A stretch of 64,000 nucleotides of DNA from Actinomycetota bacterium (GCA_005788815.1 SYAZ01000015.1:629-64628), one strand, 5' to 3'; numbered from the stretch's first letter, positions 1 through 9,543 are shown. The notes: generated from the letters alone by a model not told the origin. Numbers and translations: made by a program.

Positions 1-675
1 GTCCACAATGAAGTGAAGGTCGAGCACTACTCGTTCTCCACCTGCATTGAAGCGATCAACGATCGCTGATTCAATACGACACATTGCACCAGCGTGTACA
101 AGTGCATGATGTCGAATAATGCTGCGTGTGTGCACCCAGCTACCTGTTGCAATTTGTGTGTGCACTACATCGTTCGCAAGTGTGGGCCACACGGCGGGGT
201 GAACGAGATTGTGTTCACGGTAGAGGGGTAAGTCTTCGCCGGCTAACAAACCTCTCTCTGTGCCGTGTTCACCTTTCAAGGTGTATTCCACAGTGCGCAG
301 TACATGGCCAGTGCGGATAGCAAGAGCCGCGGGGGCTGCTTCAAATGCTTCAAACACGACGCGCGGTTGTTCTGGTTCAGAGGTGACTGCGTGAATGAAC
401 ACACTGTCGTCCTTCATGAATGGTTCGCACAACACCGTGTCTTGGTCAAACACGGGTTTGCGGAAACGTACGTGGCCGCCACCGTTAGCCAACCATGGAA
501 CACCCCACGCTTTGGCAACTGGATGAGTGAGATACGCATAAGTGGTGACACCAGCAACAAGGGCACGGGGAAAACCTGCAGCGTGCGCGCCTTCGTCCGT
601 GTGAATAGGGTTGCGGCGATGTTCGGGCAGATTCTGTGCTGTCACTGTCCAAGGTGCGGGCAGAGAATTCTTCAC
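1..675 (-). CDS. MaoC-like (R)-specific enoyl-CoA hydratase / hotdog-fold dehydratase; 3' end runs off the window
   Basis: My own minus-strand translation from GTG at 675 stays open to base 1 (225 codons). It reads VKNSLPAPWTVTAQNLPEHRRNPIHTDEGAHAAGFPRALVAGVTT..., a hydratase-2 type motif. It is missing from the ORF track because the stop lies outside the window. Confidence 0.6.
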   Translation of the reverse strand, partial: MKNSLPAPWTVTAQNLPEHRRNPIHTDEGAHAAGFPRALVAGVTTYAYLTHPVAKAWGVPWLANGGGHVRFRKPVFDQDTVLCEPFMKDDSVFIHAVTSEPEQPRVVFEAFEAAPAALAIRTGHVLRTVEYTLKGEHGTERGLLAGEDLPLYREHNLVHPAVWPTLANDVVHTQIATGSWVHTRSIIRHHALVHAGAMCRIESAIVDRFNAGGERVVLDLHFIVD

Positions 676-756
676 AAATTCAGTCTTTCACCTTTGTGAG
701 GCAGGGGGTTGCTGGCCTGACGCATCTATGGCTTCACCCGTGATTATGGTGGGTAT

Positions 757-1566
757 ATGTCTAATCCTCTTCTTACCGACAAGGCCATGGGCCTTGGCAA
801 CTTGAATAAACCAGCCGATCAGTGGGCACCACCAACTGGTCAAGAACCAATGTCCGATGGTCCCGTGTCTCGATGGGACGGCGGCATTATGACGGTGTCT
901 GGCACTGCATCAGCAACCATGGTGTTGCTTGTATTGCTCTTGGCATCGGCTACTGCGACGTGGTTGAGCATTGATGCACCATTGCCTGGAGATGTTGTAC
1001 AGCTCCCCATGGGTTGGGTCATCGGCGGTTTTATCGTGGGCATCATTGCGGTGTTGGTTGGTTCCTTTAAGCCACACCTGGCTCGCATTGCTGCACCTAT
1101 TTATGCGTTGGCAGAAGGTGTTGTTCTTGGCGCCATTAGCCGTGCGTACTCAGAGGCATATGACGGAATCGTGTTGCAGGCAGTGGGCGCAACGCTCGGT
1201 GTGTTTGTAGTGATGTTGTATCTCTATCGCAGCAAAGTCATCAAAGTGAATGATCGTTTCCGTCGCAACATCATGGGCGCCATGATGGGCCTTCTGGCGT
1301 TCTACCTGGTGTCTTTCATTCTGGGAATGTTTGGCAGCATGCCATCGTTTATTAGCAATGCAAGCCCAATGGGAATTTTGTTCAGCGTGTTTGTTGCCGG
1401 CCTTGCTGCAATGAACTTGGCACTTGACTTCGACATGATCGAAAAGGGTGTTGAAAACAAGTTGCCAGCGCACATGGAATGGTTTTGTGCACTTGCTCTC
1501 ACCGTGACATTGGTGTGGTTGTACCTAGAGATTTTGCGCTTGTTGTCTAAGTTGCGCGAACGCTAA
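757..1566 (+). CDS. Bax inhibitor-1/YccA-like polytopic membrane protein
   Basis: 269-aa ORF with an MSNPLL start, a soluble N-terminal stretch and then about 7 hydrophobic helices. This is the typical layout of the actinobacterial BI-1/COG4760 family. Confidence 0.55.
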   Translation: MSNPLLTDKAMGLGNLNKPADQWAPPTGQEPMSDGPVSRWDGGIMTVSGTASATMVLLVLLLASATATWLSIDAPLPGDVVQLPMGWVIGGFIVGIIAVLVGSFKPHLARIAAPIYALAEGVVLGAISRAYSEAYDGIVLQAVGATLGVFVVMLYLYRSKVIKVNDRFRRNIMGAMMGLLAFYLVSFILGMFGSMPSFISNASPMGILFSVFVAGLAAMNLALDFDMIEKGVENKLPAHMEWFCALALTVTLVWLYLEILRLLSKLRER

Positions 1567-1569
1567 AAA

Positions 1570-2556
1570 CTACGCGTCAAGCGAATTCAAAAACTGAAAG
1601 AGAGCCTCGTTGAATGCAGCGGGGCTCTCTTGCTGTACCCAGTGACCTGCATTTGGAATTACCGAACCACCTCTGAAATTTGGCAATGTTTGCGACATGT
1701 ATTCGATAGCGGTGGGATTGAGAAGATTCACAGGGTCGTGTTCACCAGTAATGAAATAGGTGGGCATTTTTAGTTGGACTACGGGTATGCGATGAGTGTT
1801 CTCGTAGTTGGTGTTCATGTTGCGGTACCAGCTCACTGGGCCAAAGAATCCTGAATGTGAAAACTCATGCACGTACGTGTCGAATTCTTCTTGTGTAAGC
1901 CATGACCACGGAAGTGGCGGTGGGGAAGCGCGACCGGTAAGGAACGTGGTGTCTGCCATTGCGGGCAGATCAGACGTGGTGAAAAACAACGGGTCACTGA
2001 CGGCGGCGCTCGATGCACCCCACAACACTTTTGCCATGGTGTCTGCAACATCACGGCCAAGTTCTTCCTCTGCTTCATTCGGACGTTGGAAATACAAGAT
2101 GTAGAAGTACCTGTCGCCATAACGCGCTTGCATGAGGTCGATTGGTGCCATTGGCCAGTTAGTGAATGGCACACTTGCCGCAACGCCAGCACGCACCCGA
2201 TCGGGGTGAAGCCGACATAGATCCCACAGCAGTAACGCGCCCCAGTCATGACCTACATAGATGGCTGTGTCGTGGCCCGCTTGTTCGGCAAGCCCCAGAA
2301 GATCTGCAGCCAAATGTGAAGTGCCATACGCATCCACGTTGCGAGGCGCACTGCTGTGGCCATAACCCCGTTGGTCGGGTGCAATCACGTGATACCCAGC
2401 CTCTGCAAGGGGAATCATTTGGTGACGCCAGCTATGGGCGGTTTCAGGAAATCCATGCGCCAAGACAATGAGTGGAGCACCGGGGTCGCCACTTTCATTG
2501 ACTACTAGTTCCAACCCGTTCACTGACGCAGTGCGTTGACGTACGGAATATGGCAT
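1570..2556 (-). CDS. alpha/beta hydrolase, epoxide-hydrolase-like
   Basis: 328 aa with HGFPETAHSWRHQ (HGxP oxyanion motif), PDQRGYGHS and the nucleophile elbow GHDWGA. Confidence 0.85.
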   Translation of the reverse strand: MPYSVRQRTASVNGLELVVNESGDPGAPLIVLAHGFPETAHSWRHQMIPLAEAGYHVIAPDQRGYGHSSAPRNVDAYGTSHLAADLLGLAEQAGHDTAIYVGHDWGALLLWDLCRLHPDRVRAGVAASVPFTNWPMAPIDLMQARYGDRYFYILYFQRPNEAEEELGRDVADTMAKVLWGASSAAVSDPLFFTTSDLPAMADTTFLTGRASPPPLPWSWLTQEEFDTYVHEFSHSGFFGPVSWYRNMNTNYENTHRIPVVQLKMPTYFITGEHDPVNLLNPTAIEYMSQTLPNFRGGSVIPNAGHWVQQESPAAFNEALFQFLNSLDA

Positions 2557-2562
2557 GGTCGA

Positions 2563-3114
2563 TTACGCGGAAAGCGTAAGAGTGTTGGCGCTTAGTGCAG
2601 ACAATTCATCCCATGTGACGGAATCTGTATTCCAGATCTTTTCAAACACATGGTCGGAAGCGTCATTGAAGCCATGACGATTTCTGAAGTTGTATAAAGC
2701 AGCTTGCTTTTTCACTTCAATGTCCATGCGTGAGATGCGACCAAGGATGTAGGTATCCCAAGCGGCAGCTTGTGGAAGTGTGAGCTCTGCGTCCAACGGT
2801 GCATTCTCGAAGCCACCTCGAAGGCGATCGCGTGCTCGCAACATGGAACGCGCCATCGCAAGTGTTGTTGCTAGTTCACTCTGTTGACGTGGACGACGTG
2901 TGTCTTCAAGTGCGCCAGATAAGGGACGAATAGAAATCAGTGAATCAGTCACTTCAACATCGATACGTGTGAGAGGCGATGTTTCATCGACCGCAATATT
3001 GATATCGATGTCTGTGAGGCCTAATTGTTCGGCGACGTGTGTTGCAATACGCGCGATGTATGCACTGTCAAACGAAACGAAACTAAAGGCCTCTGGTGTG
3101 ACCGTGATGGTCAT
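2563..3114 (-). CDS. hypothetical protein (183 aa), last gene of the ferritin-like operon
   Basis: Internal ATG (MTITVTPEAF...) lies 1 nt after the TGA of the upstream DUF455 gene. The longer 262-aa ORF would overlap that gene by 236 nt. No recognisable motif. Confidence 0.5.
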   Translation of the reverse strand: MTITVTPEAFSFVSFDSAYIARIATHVAEQLGLTDIDINIAVDETSPLTRIDVEVTDSLISIRPLSGALEDTRRPRQQSELATTLAMARSMLRARDRLRGGFENAPLDAELTLPQAAAWDTYILGRISRMDIEVKKQAALYNFRNRHGFNDASDHVFEKIWNTDSVTWDELSALSANTLTLSA

Positions 3115-3115
3115 G

Positions 3116-3952
3116 TCAGTTCTTTGCTGCGGCTTGCTTTTCGCGAATCTGAGCCTTGCGCTCTTCGAGTGCTTGCAGTCCGAGTTCAGCAATGTGCTCA
3201 TTCTCGTCTGAAGTGAAGCCAGCAAGTTCACGGAAACGACGGGCGATACCGAGACTTGATTCGTCGCTGTCGCTACGGCTTCCACCGTACGAAAACATTT
3301 TGTCGACGATGCTCTGGAATTCGAGTGCCTTTTTGCGACGCTCTGGATCATTCTCTGTGACTTTGCGCAGCCAGTCGCTTCCCATTTTCACGTGGGTTAC
3401 TTCGTCGGCGAGCATCCAGTCTTCGCAGAACTCTAAGTATGGGTCGCCGGCCATTTCGCCGAACTCCTTCATAGAGGTAAAGACGTCGATTGCCAAACCT
3501 TCAAGTGCGCGGTTCACGCCGGCAAGTCGAAGTACTGGGTCATTTGAACATGCAGCCTGGAAAAGCACAGTGTTTTCTGCGTATTGGCCAACATCGCTGC
3601 CCATCCAATCGCCCAACTTCAAACTGATTTCCACGTGACGTGCTTCGTCCCATGCTTGGCGAGCCATGTCAAGCTTTAGACCAAATGGCGCTTCTTCACC
3701 AGTGGTGAAGTCCCAACATGTGCGTCCTGCACCTTCCAACGCTTGAATTTCGCCAACAAAGATGCCGTGCATGAGTGAACGTGCTGCATCGCTTGCGTCT
3801 GCACGCGCCGGCGTGAGGCGGTTTGATGAGCGACGTGTTGACTCTGCGTTCGCAGGTACTGCACTTCGCGCATCGGCCATTCGGTCTGCTTGTGTGATTT
3901 GGTTGAACCGCTCGTCGCGAGCCAACTCTTCAACTGGCATAAATTTTTTCAT
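3116..3952 (-). CDS. DUF455-type ferritin-like di-iron carboxylate protein
   Basis: 278 aa with two E...ExxH half-sites: GEIQALEGAG ... WDEARHVE, and RALEGLAIDVF ... ADEVTHVKMGSDW. ATGA overlap with the upstream gene. Confidence 0.7.
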   Translation of the reverse strand: MKKFMPVEELARDERFNQITQADRMADARSAVPANAESTRRSSNRLTPARADASDAARSLMHGIFVGEIQALEGAGRTCWDFTTGEEAPFGLKLDMARQAWDEARHVEISLKLGDWMGSDVGQYAENTVLFQAACSNDPVLRLAGVNRALEGLAIDVFTSMKEFGEMAGDPYLEFCEDWMLADEVTHVKMGSDWLRKVTENDPERRKKALEFQSIVDKMFSYGGSRSDSDESSLGIARRFRELAGFTSDENEHIAELGLQALEERKAQIREKQAAAKN

Positions 3953-4608
3953 GACATTGCTCCTTGTGGTGCTGGTGTGTTGATTCCGATGCTTCCAGGT
4001 CCGGCGATGCCGCCGGCCTCAAGCATAATCTTTTCGAGCCTGGCTTGGTGTGCCGCTGCTCGGTCGACTTCTTCTGTTGTTTCAAGGAGAGACTGAATCA
4101 GCATTTCTCCTTCACGCCAGTCATCAAATTCGTCTTGCAAGATGAATTTGATGGAACGAATTGTTGGCATGTCTGTGATCTCGCTGGTGTTATTCAGGTG
4201 ATACGTATATGCAGAGATGAAGTGAGGAATGAAAACGCGATAAACGCCAACGAGTTTCTCGATGGTGAGTTCTGGTGCTTCGGGTTCGGTCATTGCTTCG
4301 ATGAAACGAACCATTGCGTCGTTTGCAGGAAGTGTGAGGCGCTCGGGATTCATTTCGCGAAGTTCAGGAAGACGCTTGTGCCATAACTCTGCGTGCCAAG
4401 CGTGCTTGTAGCAGTGAGTGCCTAGACGCATCTTGATGTCGAGTTCGGGAACGGTGGCGATCCAGCCACCCAGTGCTTCGAACAGTTTCATTTCGGCCCA
4501 CTTGTAGTGGCCAACACGACGTGCTGTTTCTTCAACGCTAAAACTGCCAGGTAATTCGCGACGGTCCCACGGGGCAAACGGTGCTCGAGGCTTCTGTGGA
4601 TTAGCCAT
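3949..4608 (-). CDS. helical ferritin-like-fold candidate, hypothetical
   Basis: The ORF is open from TTG at 4635. The ATG at 4608 has AAGGGG about 8 nt upstream. Contains WAEMKLFEALGG ... HAWHAELWH (a single E...ExxH-like site). Its stop overlaps the DUF455 start (ATGA). Confidence 0.5.
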   Translation of the reverse strand: MANPQKPRAPFAPWDRRELPGSFSVEETARRVGHYKWAEMKLFEALGGWIATVPELDIKMRLGTHCYKHAWHAELWHKRLPELREMNPERLTLPANDAMVRFIEAMTEPEAPELTIEKLVGVYRVFIPHFISAYTYHLNNTSEITDMPTIRSIKFILQDEFDDWREGEMLIQSLLETTEEVDRAAAHQARLEKIMLEAGGIAGPGSIGINTPAPQGAMS

Positions 4609-4700
4609 TGTCATTTCCCCTTTCGACTTGGGCAAACCATCGGCTTGCTTGGCGATATAGAGAATCCTAACCCTCTAGGGGTGGGAAAACGAGACGCAGG

Positions 4701-4874
4701 TCACAGGTTTCGTCGTGCTGTGGGGCGCTGAGCAAGGAGGTCCTTGCTGAGGGTTTCCCCGGTGACTTCGTCAGTCCAATAAGTGTCGGCGTCGAGCCGG
4801 GCAAGGGCTGCGTCCACATCGGCCAGGTCTTGTTCGATGGCATCAAGGTTGAGGGGGCTCTCATGTGGGTTCAC
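4701..4874 (-). CDS. small DksA/TraR-like protein lacking the zinc-finger cysteines (57 aa), tentative
   Basis: My own translation from GTG at 4874 gives MNPHESPLNLDAIEQDLADVDAALARLDADTYWTDEVTGETLSKDLLAQRPTARRNL. It resembles the L..IE..L..V..AL.RL..GTYG.C..CG pattern of TraR/DksA proteins, but Thr replaces Cys. It is in a different frame from the 65-aa track ORF at 4667-4864. Confidence 0.35.
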   Translation of the reverse strand: MNPHESPLNLDAIEQDLADVDAALARLDADTYWTDEVTGETLSKDLLAQRPTARRNL

Positions 4875-4915
4875 GCTTTTATCGTAGGCGACCGCGCGCT
4901 TGTAGCGTCAATGGA

Positions 4916-5473
4916 ATGAGTTTCCCATTCCCACCCCTTGATGGTTCCGCCCAAAAGAACCAGAAGTTTCCCGCAGCTCCTCCGATGGGCATCGACCCAG
5001 AGAAGCGTTACACCGCCACCATGGAAACAAGCATGGGCACGTTGGTAATTGCACTCGACGCAGCACGTGCGCCAAAGACGGTGAACAGCTTTGTGTATCT
5101 CGCTGCGTACCACTACTACGACGGCATTATTTTCCACCGCATCATCAACGGATTCGTATGTCAAGGTGGCGATCCAACTGGTACAGGTACCGGTGGACCC
5201 GGATATCGATTTGATGACGAGTTGCCAAAGGCTGGTCAATATCAAATCGGTTCACTTGCAATGGCAAATGCCGGACCAAATACAAACGGCTCTCAGTTCT
5301 TCCTCATCAGTGGACCAAGTGGTGTGGGCTTGCCACCTGCGTATGCATTGTTCGGACAAGTTGTAAAAGGCCTCGACGTTGTTGAGGCAATGCAAAATGT
5401 TCCGACTGGTCGTGGTGATCGCCCATTGACCGATGTGGTGATTAACAGTGTCACCATCACTGTCGCTGACTAA
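4916..5473 (+). CDS. cyclophilin-type peptidyl-prolyl cis-trans isomerase
   Basis: FHRIINGFVCQGGDPTGTGTGGPGYRFDDE and LAMANAGPNTNGSQFF signatures. Start is uncertain: the ORF opens at 4865, with ATG candidates at 4916 and 4985. Confidence 0.9.
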   Translation: MSFPFPPLDGSAQKNQKFPAAPPMGIDPEKRYTATMETSMGTLVIALDAARAPKTVNSFVYLAAYHYYDGIIFHRIINGFVCQGGDPTGTGTGGPGYRFDDELPKAGQYQIGSLAMANAGPNTNGSQFFLISGPSGVGLPPAYALFGQVVKGLDVVEAMQNVPTGRGDRPLTDVVINSVTITVAD

Positions 5474-6400
5474 TTACGCGGTTGGCGCGACTTCTTCGGA
5501 AGTCGTAACTGGTGCGCCGTATGATTCTGCGTCTACCGACGTTGCCCAACGAATAGTTGTCGCAATAAGTGAGCCGATTGGTTTCACCACCAACTGTTCA
5601 GTGAGCGGTAGGTAGGGAAGCCGAAGATCGGTGCGAGCCCATGGCGGCAGAATTGCGATAGCAGCAGCTGCAATAAGTGAATATGGAACACGAGCAACCA
5701 AGTCAAGTGGTGGTTCGATTAGCAGATACTTTGCTGCATCACGCGACTCTGCGGTTCCACGCAACTCTGGTCGGTATTGCGCAATCTGATCGCGTAGACC
5801 TTGTACCGATGTTGGCGGTGCGGGTACTCCGAGTTTGCGTGCGATGACTGCCATGTCAGCCACGTATTGGTCGTACCCAGCAGCATCGAGCGGCTTTGCA
5901 CCGTAGGCCTGGTGAGCTCGGAGAAAACTATCGACTTCGGCAATATGCACCCAACGTAAAAGATGCGGATCATTTGCAGAGTAGGCACGACCGTCGCTTG
6001 CAATACCGGTGACCCGTTTGTGTACGGCGCGCACACGGTCAACTGCTTGTTGCGCTACTTCTGCTGGTGCGAATGATGTTGCTGCTACAAAGTCTGCAGT
6101 TCGCTGTAACCGACCCCATGGGTCATTGCGATAATCAGAATGTTGCGCGACGCCGGCCATAGCTAATGGGTGCAGTGACTGGAACAGAATTGCCCGCATG
6201 CCACCTATAAACATGGAGGCATCTGAATGCACGGTGAGGAGTGGGCTTGACTCGGGAAACCATCTTTCGCCCGGAGCCAGCACGACTGCGGCACGCTTGG
6301 CATCGGCATCGTCACCAATGACTCGGTCTCGTAATGCATTGGCAATAGCCCACCGAATGGACTCGATTGCTTCAGTAACTGGGGCGGGGAAAGTTGCCAC
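5474..6400 (-). CDS. oxygenase MpaB-family (DUF2236) protein
   Basis: 308 aa with MFIGGMRAILFQSLHPLAMAGVAQHSDYRNDPWGRLQRT and AVHKRVTG, the typical DUF2236 pattern. GTG start. Confidence 0.7.
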   Translation of the reverse strand: MATFPAPVTEAIESIRWAIANALRDRVIGDDADAKRAAVVLAPGERWFPESSPLLTVHSDASMFIGGMRAILFQSLHPLAMAGVAQHSDYRNDPWGRLQRTADFVAATSFAPAEVAQQAVDRVRAVHKRVTGIASDGRAYSANDPHLLRWVHIAEVDSFLRAHQAYGAKPLDAAGYDQYVADMAVIARKLGVPAPPTSVQGLRDQIAQYRPELRGTAESRDAAKYLLIEPPLDLVARVPYSLIAAAAIAILPPWARTDLRLPYLPLTEQLVVKPIGSLIATTIRWATSVDAESYGAPVTTSEEVAPTA

Positions 6401-6440
6401 GTCCCTATCGTGCCATTGGAAATGGTGAACCGCACGGCGA

Positions 6441-7613
6441 ATGCGTCACAGTCTTGCCCACTACGCTTCAGATGTGCCCGATGAATCTGTGACCAATGCT
6501 GAATCAACCAGACGTATGCCGCCTTGGGTACCACGGGCTGTGCTCATTTTCTGGGCTGGCTTTATCGGAACCTTGGTCTTTCGCTTTGTGTTTCATCGCC
6601 TAAATAGTCTGCTGATTCTTTTACTGCTGTCGCTGTTCATTGCTCTTGCTGTTGAACCAGCCACGAATAAGTTGACGAAACGGGGGATGGGTCGCGGCTC
6701 TTCTACTGCTCTTATTTTGTTGGGGATAGTGGTTGTTGTATCTATTTTCTTGGCCGTGGTTGGAACTGTTGTCGCTCAGCAAGTAGCAGACTTACTTTCC
6801 AACAGCAGCACCTATGTAAATGACACTGTGAGGATGATTAACAATCTCTTCAATTCGCGCATTGACCCAGCGGCTGTGAATGAATCCATTGCTGATCCGA
6901 ATGGTGCTGTACAGAGATTTATTCGTTCGCAACGAACCAATGCATTCAAAGTTTCTGTGCAAGCATTTGGTGTTCTCTTTCAATTGTTCTCTGTTTTACT
7001 CTTCTCGTATTACATCGTGGCCGACGGTCCAAGGCTTCGTCGCTCTATCTGTTCTCGTTTGAGTGCAGAGCGTCAACATCAGGTGCTTGATGCTTGGGAT
7101 CTAGCAATCGACAAAACCGGTGGCTATCTGTATTCACGTGCACTGCTTGCGGCCATCTCAGCGTTCTTCCATTGGATTGCATTTCAATCAATGGGTGCAC
7201 CAGCACCAATCGCATCGGCATTGTGGGTAGGACTTGTTTCTCAATTCTTGCCAGTCATAGGAACGTACTTAGCCGGAGTCCTTCCAGTTCTTCTCATCTT
7301 CATTGACTCGCCAACAAAAGCATTGATTGCAATCGGCTTCATTGCGGTGTACCAACAGATAGAGAATTACCTAATTGCTCCAAAGGTGACACAAAGAACT
7401 TTGGAGTTGCACCCCGCATTGGCCTTCGGTGGAGCACTCGCTGGTGGAGCAATTCTTGGTCCGATAGGTGCAATTTTGGCATTGCCCGCAGTCGCCATGG
7501 CGCAGGCACTTGTCTCATCGTGGGGTGAACGACACGAAGTGATCGAACATAAGTTGTCTGAACTTCAAGAGAAGAAGGCAAGAAAGCCAAGGACGCGAAA
7601 GAATCCTTCGTGA
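6441..7613 (+). CDS. AI-2E family (PerM/UPF0118) transporter
   Basis: 390-aa polytopic membrane protein. The C-terminal core reads LVSQFLPVIGTYLAGVLPVLL ... AVYQQIENYLIAPKV. Confidence 0.85.
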   Translation: MRHSLAHYASDVPDESVTNAESTRRMPPWVPRAVLIFWAGFIGTLVFRFVFHRLNSLLILLLLSLFIALAVEPATNKLTKRGMGRGSSTALILLGIVVVVSIFLAVVGTVVAQQVADLLSNSSTYVNDTVRMINNLFNSRIDPAAVNESIADPNGAVQRFIRSQRTNAFKVSVQAFGVLFQLFSVLLFSYYIVADGPRLRRSICSRLSAERQHQVLDAWDLAIDKTGGYLYSRALLAAISAFFHWIAFQSMGAPAPIASALWVGLVSQFLPVIGTYLAGVLPVLLIFIDSPTKALIAIGFIAVYQQIENYLIAPKVTQRTLELHPALAFGGALAGGAILGPIGAILALPAVAMAQALVSSWGERHEVIEHKLSELQEKKARKPRTRKNPS

Positions 7614-8578
7614 GCGGTGTGCGTGCAGAACAATTCGTGCCACTTGCCGTTGTTCGTAGAAGTGGTGTCGACGAAAGCATTCATTTTGGTGCGTGTGTAG
7701 GTCTTGCATCAGATGGCACCATTGAATTTTCTCTTGGTGATCCATGCGTAGAGATTTTTCCTCGCTCTTCTACAAAACCCCTGCAAGCACTTGCCATGGT
7801 GCGCGCAGGTTTAACACTTTCACCAGAGAAATTGGCACTCGTGTGTTCTAGTCACAATGGCGAAGACGTGCATCAGAACATGGTCCTTGAGATTCTCTCG
7901 GAATGTGGACTTTCGGAAAGTGATTTAGGTAATACAGCAGATCATCCGATGCATGCAGATTCTGCACACGCAGCAATACGTAATGGCAAACCCAAATCTG
8001 CATTGCAAATGGGTTGCAGTGGAAAACACTCCGGCATGTTGGCAACATGTGTCATCAATGGTTGGCCAACTACTGGATACTTGGAAGAGACGCACCCGTT
8101 GCAGAAAGCGATCACTGCGACCATTGCAGATGTCACCGGCAAGGATGCTGCTGCAATTGGCATAGATGGTTGTGGCGCACCGGCCCATGTCATTGAGCTT
8201 GTGGGTATGGCTCGTGCAATGCGCGCCATGGCAACTGGTGAAGCAGGGGATTCCGGACTACAGATTTATACAGCGATGTCGCAGTTCCCGTTCATGGTGG
8301 GCGGTACCGGTCGTGATGTCACCACAATTGTTTCTGCGGTGCCAGGACTATTTGCAAAAGACGGTGCAGATGCGGTGTACGTGGCAGGTATGGCAGATGG
8401 GCGAGCAGTGGCGCTGAAGTTGTCAGATGGTTCAGGACGTGGAACCCCCACCGTGCTTCTTGCTGCATTACACAAGTTAGGGATTGATGTTTCAGCAGTG
8501 CCAGAAAGCATTGTTGAGGTGGTGTACGGACACGGCAAGCGTGTAGGCGAAGTGCGTGCGATTGGGTTTGATGTGTAA
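7610..8578 (+). CDS. asparaginase II family protein
   Basis: 322 aa with PRSSTKPLQALAMV and CSGKHSGMLATC motifs. GTGA overlap with the transporter stop. Confidence 0.75.
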   Translation: MSGVRAEQFVPLAVVRRSGVDESIHFGACVGLASDGTIEFSLGDPCVEIFPRSSTKPLQALAMVRAGLTLSPEKLALVCSSHNGEDVHQNMVLEILSECGLSESDLGNTADHPMHADSAHAAIRNGKPKSALQMGCSGKHSGMLATCVINGWPTTGYLEETHPLQKAITATIADVTGKDAAAIGIDGCGAPAHVIELVGMARAMRAMATGEAGDSGLQIYTAMSQFPFMVGGTGRDVTTIVSAVPGLFAKDGADAVYVAGMADGRAVALKLSDGSGRGTPTVLLAALHKLGIDVSAVPESIVEVVYGHGKRVGEVRAIGFDV

Positions 8579-9543
8579 TGGCCATTCCATTTGTTCCCAG
8601 AATTGATGACGCACCGTACGCAGTAGTCACACAAGTGTCGCCACTGGTGCAACGTGTGATTGCGCAGAATCCATCGAAATTTAGTTATCACGGAACAGGC
8701 ACATACATTCTTGGTTCACAAAACGTTGTCGTCATCGATCCGGGTCCGATCCTTGATTCGCATCGCGATGCGCTGGTTCGTACCCTCGATAGCCGAAATG
8801 TTGTCGGCATTGTTGTTACTCATTGTCATTCAGATCATTCACCATTAACGGAATGGTTATACAAAGAGACTGGAGCCACCAGATTCGCAATTGGCCCACA
8901 TCGTGTGTACGAGGGTTTTATTGAAGAAGACGATCATGATCCAAGCGAAGATGATCCTGATGAGAAGAAATCAGAATCCGACGAGGAAAAAGAAACCATC
9001 GATATGGCATTTACCCCGGATTATGCAGTGGTCGATGGCGAGCGTTTTTTTGGGACTGACGAGTTCTCGTTAACAGCTGTTGCTACACCTGGTCATACAT
9101 CGAATCACCTGTGTGTATCTATGGATGCAGAGAACGCTCTCTTCACTGGTGATCATGTGATGGGTTGGTCAACCACGGTTGTCTCGCCGCCCGATGGTGA
9201 TATGCGTCAGTACTTCGAGAGTATGCAAAAAGTGATTGCGCGTACTGACAGCATCTTGTGGCCAACTCATGGTGGCCCAGTCACTGATCCAGCTCCGTTC
9301 CTGGCGGCGTATTACGAACATCGCCTAGAGCGTGAACGCCAAATTGTGCATCAGATTGCAATGGGGAATAACACCATTCCGGGAATTGTAAAAGTTCTGT
9401 ACGCGTCTGTGAATAAACAATTGCATCGTCCAGCGCGGCGTAGTGTGTGGTCGCATCTTCGCAAGCTTGTAGAAGATGGTGTTGTTCAAACCACAGATGG
9501 TGGCTTACCGCGCTTACTCGGTGAATACGCCTTAGTTAATTAG
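8578..9543 (+). CDS. MBL-fold metallo-hydrolase
   Basis: VTHCHSDHSP (HxHxDH) and a later PGHTSNH. TAATG overlap with the upstream gene. Contains an acidic insertion, EEDDHDPSEDDPDEKKSESDEEKE. Confidence 0.85.
   Translation: MAIPFVPRIDDAPYAVVTQVSPLVQRVIAQNPSKFSYHGTGTYILGSQNVVVIDPGPILDSHRDALVRTLDSRNVVGIVVTHCHSDHSPLTEWLYKETGATRFAIGPHRVYEGFIEEDDHDPSEDDPDEKKSESDEEKETIDMAFTPDYAVVDGERFFGTDEFSLTAVATPGHTSNHLCVSMDAENALFTGDHVMGWSTTVVSPPDGDMRQYFESMQKVIARTDSILWPTHGGPVTDPAPFLAAYYEHRLERERQIVHQIAMGNNTIPGIVKVLYASVNKQLHRPARRSVWSHLRKLVEDGVVQTTDGGLPRLLGEYALVN

Noticed and set aside
265-699. 144-aa plus-strand ORF at the left edge
   Set aside because: It is the antisense shadow of the MaoC-like gene, whose minus-strand translation carries a clear hydratase motif and stays open to the window edge.
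4667-4864. 65-aa track ORF upstream of the ferritin-like operon
   Set aside because: The translation is featureless (Pro/Ser/Thr-rich). The alternative frame on the same strand gives a DksA/TraR-like sequence, so I preferred that frame, still only tentatively.
8920-9000. Acidic insertion (EEDDHDPSEDDPDEKKSESDEEKE) in the MBL hydrolase as a separate feature
   Set aside because: It is an in-frame low-complexity loop within a well-supported gene. There is no evidence for an independent element or a frameshift.
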